Origin: Haloquadratum walsbyi C23 | Lineage (GTDB): Archaea > Halobacteriota > Halobacteria > Halobacteriales > Haloferacaceae | Length of the DNA stretch: 32,000 nucleotides | Direction: 5' to 3' | Assembly (NCBI RefSeq): GCF_000237865.1 | Contig: NC_017459.1 | Span: forward strand, 2,700,001 to 2,732,000 | Translations under genes and position numbers: made by a program | Shown here: positions 27,983 through 32,000 of the stretch, one piece after another | Numbering within the stretch: the stretch's first letter is position 1 | How the letters are laid out: the number at the start of each line of letters is the position of its first letter | Notes under the pieces: generated by a model | The model's database searches: none | Seen by the model: the letters and a program-made list of their open reading frames with translations, nothing else | Told to the model about the DNA's origin: nothing

Positions 27983-28456
27983 TTAATCAGTAGATGAGTT
28001 CTCATCTAGCTGTCCTGCGAGTGCGACATCTGCCTCAATGACGGGTTCTGGATCAACTAATTCAATCTCCTCAGTGAGTTTGTGGTCTAGCCTTCGAATC
28101 GTGCCGTTCGTTCCATACCTACGGCGTCCCCGATGTATCGTTTGTAACTGGTTCTCTGCCCAGTCATCCATCTCGCGATCATCCAGTAGTTCGAGTGTAT
28201 CCTCTGCTTCCCCACTTACTTCCTCATCGCTGTCCGCGATCTGACGACATAGCTGTTTGATGTCGGTGACGACACTACTATTACTACTCTGGTGACTCAA
28301 TATGTCGTCTTGCCACGCAGACAGAGAGAAATGGGTCAGGTAGTATAGACTCAAACGCTGGCAGATGAGTGATTTAAAATGACTGTTGTTCTCTGGCGTT
28401 GTGAGTTGAACCTCGATCGTCGTAGTTTGCTCTCCCAACACTCCCCTGTGGTGCAA
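27983..28456 (-). CDS. Hypothetical acidic protein, start uncertain
   Basis: The ORF overlaps the upstream gene by 83 nt. A TTG at about 28354 is a possible real start. The C-terminal two thirds are acidic and protein-like. Confidence 0.4.
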   Translation of the reverse strand: MHHRGVLGEQTTTIEVQLTTPENNSHFKSLICQRLSLYYLTHFSLSAWQDDILSHQSSNSSVVTDIKQLCRQIADSDEEVSGEAEDTLELLDDREMDDWAENQLQTIHRGRRRYGTNGTIRRLDHKLTEEIELVDPEPVIEADVALAGQLDENSSTD

Positions 28457-28661
28457 GAGACATCAGGGTATAATAGAGGTCATCACTCGACTCAAACGTG
28501 TCAGGAGGGTCATCGAGGAGATCAAGCATCTCCCCAAGTGTCGTTTCAGAGCCGTCCTGCAATTCGATTGTCACATTCTCACACCTATTTGCGATGTCGT
28601 CTATGCTGGCTGGGTACTCGCAATCGCACAACTCGGTCAGTGCTTCCTCAAGATCTGTCAT
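28374..28661 (-). CDS. Small acidic haloarchaeal protein (DUF2795/DUF5789-like architecture, from memory)
   Basis: MTDLEEALTELCDCEYPASIDDIANRCENVTIELQDGSETTLGEMLD...GSVGRANYDDRG resembles a conserved haloarchaeal small-protein family (...YP.t..EL....G...ve...G.etl.evl...GR..YsDR). Confidence 0.5.
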   Translation of the reverse strand: MTDLEEALTELCDCEYPASIDDIANRCENVTIELQDGSETTLGEMLDLLDDPPDTFESSDDLYYTLMSLAPQGSVGRANYDDRGSTHNAREQQSF

Positions 28662-28966
28662 ATACTATAATTATGTATCTGACACACGTATAAATGTACC
28701 GCTGTGCAGAATAACATAGAATTACATTAATATCTTGGTTTCTAAGAGCTTGAAATCACACATAGATATAGTATTATCCAGCATAATATGTCGTTCGACA
28801 ATTAGTAGAGTATAGTATGCTTTGTTGTCTGAGTATGCATCAGATGAATCACGTGTTTCTTTACTCTCTGCGTGAGACGGGGTCAAGAAAATCACGACCC
28901 GACTTCCAGCATTGCCAACTCAGGGAGGAACAGTGGAATCTTTACATATACTGCACCGTAACCGTC

Positions 28967-29140
28967 ATATCTGATACACAGATCACGCTCCACGTACATC
29001 TCCGCTCAATCTGTACGACACCCAAACCTGTGGCGGGTTTAGTTCTCGCAACGAGGCGTCTTATTTCCGATGGCGATGAATCAGGACTCTTTCTCCAGTA
29101 TCGAGTCAAAGAAGGCGAGAGTGATGAGTCCAAGAATTAG
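28967..29140 (+). pseudogene. Degenerate copy of the 29925..30125 membrane-protein gene
   Basis: ISDTQITLHVHLRSICTT...VLATRRLISDGDESGL aligns codon by codon with MTDEEINLHAHLRSIRTA...ILATGLIIADESGL. ATG has become ATA, the TM segments are lost, and the 3' end overlaps the minus-strand gene 29081..29338. Confidence 0.5.
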
Positions 29141-29338
29141 GGCTATGAATCCCAAGAGAAGTGATGGAATCGTGTCAAGCACCGCAGAGTGCTGGGCAAC
29201 CAGGCCGATACTGAATCCACCGAGGACAAGAAGCGGTGCAAGGACGATTACAAGCTTCCTCGCAACTCGTGGGTGATGCCACTCAGCATAGTCCGTGGAT
29301 AGTAACCGAGAACTGATCCTCTCTATGAGCATGGGCAT
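29081..29338 (-). CDS. Small 2-TM membrane protein
   Basis: ...WHHPRVARKLVIVLAPLLVLGGFSIGLV...IPSLLLGFIALILGLITLAFF. Weakly similar in layout to 29457..29756. Confidence 0.5.
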   Translation of the reverse strand: MPMLIERISSRLLSTDYAEWHHPRVARKLVIVLAPLLVLGGFSIGLVAQHSAVLDTIPSLLLGFIALILGLITLAFFDSILEKES

Positions 29339-29456
29339 TTCTCACTTCGATGATTGCGGGTGCGGGTTATGATGATTACGCTCAGAGTGTTTTACAGCCC
29401 GTCTCACGACGTTCTGCCTTCCTGTTGGAAAGTAGTCCTGAGAGTTCATCTGTGTA

Positions 29457-29756
29457 TCAACTGTTTGAGCTTGTTTTAGACCAGTACACGAAGGCACTAC
29501 CAACGAGAAGGACGATTCCAAGAATCAGGCTAAACACCCCATCAGGAAGCAGTTGTGAGAAGCCCAAAATCGGGTCCACAAGAAGTGCTACGCCGACGAT
29601 GAGGGGTGACAGAGGGCGTTTCCATTGATTGCCTGTCGAAGATCCACAGTCATAGCGATACGATACCCCCCCAACGAATAATAAGCTGATACAATTTGCT
29701 GAGCAACTCCCTTCGTAGATGTGAGGAGGAGTGTCTGAAACTATTGAACTGTCCAT
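29457..29756 (-). CDS. Small 2-TM membrane protein
   Basis: ...NQWKRPLSPLIVGVALLVDPILGF...GVFSLILGIVLLVGSAFVYW. The N-terminal extent is uncertain. Confidence 0.45.
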   Translation of the reverse strand: MDSSIVSDTPPHIYEGSCSANCISLLFVGGVSYRYDCGSSTGNQWKRPLSPLIVGVALLVDPILGFSQLLPDGVFSLILGIVLLVGSAFVYWSKTSSNS

Positions 29757-29924
29757 AAGCTACAGTCTCTGTAGAAGATTTGGAGTATCACTTGTAGAGC
29801 CTGTTTACCTCGAATCAGGATGGCGTTAGTTCGGAGAAGGTGCCGTAGTTTTCTACGTGTAGCTCAAACTACCGTTCCAATACTCGTTCAGAAGGGTCAT
29901 ATCAAACACGCATATGTCGCACGT

Positions 29925-30125
29925 ATGACTGACGAGGAGATTAACCTCCACGCACACCTCCGATCAATCCGCACAGCACTCGTCGCTATGGCAATCTCAA
30001 TTCTCGCAACGGGACTGATTATTGCCGATGAGAGTGGACTGGGGTTTCCTCTATTCGTCATCACCCTCCTCGTCTGCGGTTACGCTTTCATACCGACCCT
30101 CTTGACTCGCCTACGTGGACAGTAG
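29925..30125 (+). CDS. 66-aa 2-TM membrane protein
   Basis: MTDEEINLHAHLRSIRTALVAMAISILATGLIIADESGLGFPLFVITLLVCGYAFIPTLL. The internal Met at 29925 is preferred because the upstream part of the ORF is basic. Confidence 0.5.
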   Translation: MTDEEINLHAHLRSIRTALVAMAISILATGLIIADESGLGFPLFVITLLVCGYAFIPTLLTRLRGQ

Positions 30126-30414
30126 CCCATAGACCCTATTTTTCTTCCCTTGAGGTGGTGTTATTTCAAGATGAATATATTCACGAATCGTAGTTTAGGT
30201 CTCTGACACGAAAATAAACCATCTCTCATACATGTGTCCTACAAGCGATTACCCGAATAGCTCTCCGACAGATTCGATCTTTTCCTAGTGAGGAATATCA
30301 TCAGGCTCTTACCGGAGATAGTGAAACAGCGGTATCTGTCTCGAAGCTGGGAGATCGAACTGTGCAAGATGCAGAGATGACACTCAGCAACCTTGATCTC
30401 TGAATGAAGCAGTT

Positions 30415-30732
30415 CTACCTTGTTGCATATCGCTGATAAAAAACATATATTCCAAGCATACCTCCAACCGCAATACCAACAACTGCCTTGAGAATCTCTT
30501 GCCAACTGGATCTACTGAGACCATATCAAATAAGTCCAATCGGAATGACTGCCAAGATTTCATAACCCCACGAAGGGATCTGGCTTGCATCAACCACTGA
30601 GTCCATCGAAAAATACAAACTCATTGCAACAACGCCAACGAAGAACGCACTAATACGATTCCACTGAAAATGTGACCAGCGGAGACCATTGTTTGGAGGG
30701 CTATCACCGATGAGATCTCGCTTAGAGGGCAC
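30415..30732 (-). pseudogene. Small 3-TM membrane protein gene with an in-frame TGA at 30526-30528
   Basis: ...ISAFFVGVVAMSLYF...WGYEILAVIPIGLI*YGLSRSSWQEILKAVVGIAVGGMLGIYVFYQRYATR*. The third TM helix continues in the same frame after the stop. Confidence 0.45.
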
Positions 30733-30862
30733 GATTCGTATAGGATGATTTGAGATAAAGAACCTGTGCTAAACTTGTGCCATCCATCTTGCACGCCAAC
30801 CAGTGACAATATCGCAAATCTGATCGGTGTTTCGCTCAGTTAGGCAAGAGCGTGTTCGCTTA

Positions 30863-31864
30863 TTATTCCAACTGCTCAACAGTTACCCCATGGTTCTGCC
30901 CTTGAACGATACGTACAGTTCCATCAACGTCAGCGGCATCAAGCGCGTACTGACCAGCACGACGAGCAGCATCAGCATGTTCGATATCGGTGATTCCATA
31001 TACTGTTGGACCCCAGGATGATTGTCCAGCCCCGTAACATGATGATGATGCATCAAGCGAAGCAACGAGTTCACCCGCTGGCGGTCGATATACACCTCCT
31101 TGTTCATCGGTGTACCATCTTCCATTTAATCGCCCAATTGTTTCGATTGCGGTTCCAAACTGCTCGGCATTCTCATTAGCGATGGCTGGAAGAAGCTGCC
31201 GCATTACTGTCCCAGAAACGCGGTCTGCAATATCAGGAGCTGCTTGTGTAACCACACTACGCATACTTGCTTCTTCCTCAGTCCCACTCCGTCCCGGTTC
31301 AACGTCAGGGGTTAATAACAAAAACCGCCAGTTGTCTGGAATCTGTTTGTGAGTCATAACCGGCGGGACCGTCCAACTTCCATCGGTTGGTCGATCGGTC
31401 GTGAATCGCGCCGTCGGATGTCCACCGTCTATAACAAATCCGCCAATTTCAAATGTCCCAACTCCGACCCCAGAGCGTCCTCCGCGACCAAGCGCTGGAG
31501 CGTTCTCTCTTGGCTGTGGTGGTTGATCGTATGCATTTGCGACCGCAGTAAGTGTTGCAAGTGCGAGTTGTGTTCCACTCCCGAGTCCTGCATGCTGGGG
31601 AAGTGCTGATTCAACACTCACTGAAACACTGTCGAGATCTAGTGTATTAAGCGCGCGTGCTGCATATTCACGTGCACTTGGGTGTGAACATCTAACTGTC
31701 GGTGGATTGCAACTATTATCAATTGGCTCTGCAATTACACTCGTTGTGGGTTCACATACGCTAAGACCAATCCCGCCATAGAGACGATCATGTGCAAGAC
31801 TGAGATTCACGAATCCAAAGTGGATGCGACCGCTAGTGGTGACGCGGACGCGACCAAGACTCAT
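30863..31864 (-). CDS. Beta-ribofuranosylaminobenzene 5'-phosphate (beta-RFAP) synthase-like GHMP-family protein
   Basis: The N-terminus VRVTTSGRIHFGFVNLS....YGGIGLSV and the GHMP motif HAGLGSGTQLALA match archaeal beta-RFAP synthase (MptG type). Confidence 0.8.
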   Translation of the reverse strand: MSLGRVRVTTSGRIHFGFVNLSLAHDRLYGGIGLSVCEPTTSVIAEPIDNSCNPPTVRCSHPSAREYAARALNTLDLDSVSVSVESALPQHAGLGSGTQLALATLTAVANAYDQPPQPRENAPALGRGGRSGVGVGTFEIGGFVIDGGHPTARFTTDRPTDGSWTVPPVMTHKQIPDNWRFLLLTPDVEPGRSGTEEEASMRSVVTQAAPDIADRVSGTVMRQLLPAIANENAEQFGTAIETIGRLNGRWYTDEQGGVYRPPAGELVASLDASSSCYGAGQSSWGPTVYGITDIEHADAARRAGQYALDAADVDGTVRIVQGQNHGVTVEQLE

Positions 31865-32000
31865 TCTGTGTCAATATACTGTGTCAAGCCGATTGTTGCT
31901 TTCGTCATCGGCGATATACGACAATAATGCCGTATGAGAGATGTATTACTATGTATACTGACTTCGGGAATCGACTTCTGTACCCGATGAAACTGTATTG

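Noticed and set aside
1-32000. Search for CRISPR arrays, tRNA or rRNA genes, and long tandem or inverted repeats
   Set aside because: By eye I found no regularly spaced 25-40 nt direct repeats, no tRNA T-arm or acceptor signatures in intergenic DNA, and no rRNA-like segments. A computational scan (tRNAscan-SE, Infernal, a CRISPR finder) would be needed to be certain.

Overview
Haloarchaeal chromosomal segment. The proteins are strongly acidic, there is a Tat plus lipobox signal, and many genes look leaderless. The moderate GC and long AT-rich spacers suggest a Haloquadratum-like organism, but that is inference only. Bases 1-18.1 kb hold conserved core genes: a partial RNase-H-fold protein, a LarC-type nickel-insertion protein, a Cdc48/CdcH AAA ATPase, a PUA-domain protein, a zinc-ribbon protein, an archaeal RNase R, a five-gene LIV-type ABC transporter operon, a formaldehyde-dehydrogenase-like Zn-ADH, a COG0523 (CobW/ZigA-like) GTPase and two convergent TFS paralogs. 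Bases 18.5-30.8 kb look accessory and decaying. They contain a frameshifted receiver-PAS-histidine kinase, a frameshifted IS66-family transposase whose N-terminus resembles chromatin protein MC1, a frameshifted divergent TBP paralog, and about 15 small ORFs (zinc-finger and 2-3 TM membrane proteins) arranged as paralogous modules. The window ends with a beta-RFAP synthase gene. I found no rRNA, tRNA or CRISPR array. The best candidate for something new is a TFS paralog that has lost one zinc-ribbon cysteine through in-frame deletions and sits divergently next to the COG0523 metallochaperone, which could be an archaeal zinc-sparing analogue of bacterial DksA2/COG0523. All protein calls rest on motif recognition from memory; no database search was possible.
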